A stretch of 64,000 nt of DNA. Origin: Chlorokybus atmophyticus. Lineage: Eukaryota; Plantae; Mesostigma and Chlorokybus algae. Where the stretch lies: positions 517,116-581,115 of the forward strand of contig RHPI01003642.1 of assembly GCA_009103225.1 (NCBI GenBank), given 5' to 3'. A program made the position numbers and the translations under genes. The notes under the pieces are model-generated. The model was not told the origin of the DNA, ran no database searches, and saw only the letters and a program-made list of their open reading frames with translations. Shown here one piece after another: positions 63,182 through 64,000 of this stretch (the first letter of the stretch is position 1; each line of letters begins with the position of its first letter).

Positions 63182-64000
63182 TGCATCTGCTGCATATATA
63201 TGCTAGCCAGCGTGTACGCAAGCAGCATATGCTCTGTGCCCCCATAATTTCAATGCCGTTTTTTGCATGCTTACTTGCTTGCTGACTTGTGCATGCACAC
63301 GCACATTTGCAGTACTGAAGCCTTGGATATGCGCATCAGTCAATGCATGTCCCAAAAGTTGTGTTAAGCGATTGTGACAGTTCATACATATCAACCCTTT
63401 GACTGCTGCACGTCCAAGACTGGCTGTATAAGGTATAAGTCATGTATGGCAGGGCCTGAGAGTCTGCTCGTTCACACCTTGCTGCATATAGTTAACAAGT
63501 CAGTGGTAATTGACCAATAATATGATATAGAAGCAGATTACGTGTACCTAATCAACCCCACACCAAGCCAAGGCGAGTTGGTCTCTTTCCGCCAACACGC
63601 TGGAACAACCTTCTATATGCCTTGTCACAACGTCTGTCGGTGGTGCTGTACATACGCAAAGCATTCACACATTGCCCTTTGCACCAAAGCTTTACTCATG
63701 TGCATTGGTAGTGTGCAAAAGATGTTATGCCTCATATGTGACACTGCTACATACAAATGCACCAGGGTCCCATGGTGCCAGTCGTTCACTACCACACACA
63801 ACAACTGCAGCAGGACTCAGTGCAGCACCTCAATTCAACTCAAGGTGTTACTCGTTCACTACCACACACGATTGTAGCAGCACTCAGTGCAACACCTCGA
63901 TACACCAGGCATCAGGCCATGCCCACAACAACCATATGTCACTTTGCACTTGTACATGACACTACTACAGTTCAATCCCTATGTACCTGCACATTGTACG

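Overview
Eukaryotic, intron-rich genomic DNA from a flagellate green-lineage alga. Support: plastid-type transit peptides, the flagellar gene CFAP47 and a close homologue of land-plant UGNT1, which hints at a streptophyte alga (inference). The draft assembly has N gaps, poly-C tracts and two probably misplaced duplicate segments. The first 18 kb is transposon-rich: a miniature Ty1/copia element with a half-tRNA PBS and fold-back derivatives, hairpin clusters, a 53-bp minisatellite and a 7,954-bp TA-flanked element with Tc2/pogo-type TIRs. That element has no recognisable DDE transposase but carries an apparently intact 8-exon CryptonF-type tyrosine recombinase with a GCR1_C domain. The 18-55 kb block holds host genes: CFAP47, a Cu/Zn SOD with a predicted thylakoid-lumen (Tat) signal and atypical cysteines, P5CR, a ZIFL-like MFS transporter, a predicted plastid LysM-LysM-TM-FIST-like protein, a small secreted Cys-rich protein, a UGNT1-like nucleotide-sugar transporter and an SDR42E1-like dehydrogenase. 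The 55-64 kb block holds a disrupted Crinkler-like ATPase-nuclease gene lying between two direct copies of the SDR42E1 3' end. Top candidates for novelty are the Crypton-in-TIR composite element, the LysM-FIST membrane protein and the lumenal SOD. Family assignments come from motif recognition by eye; no database searches were run.
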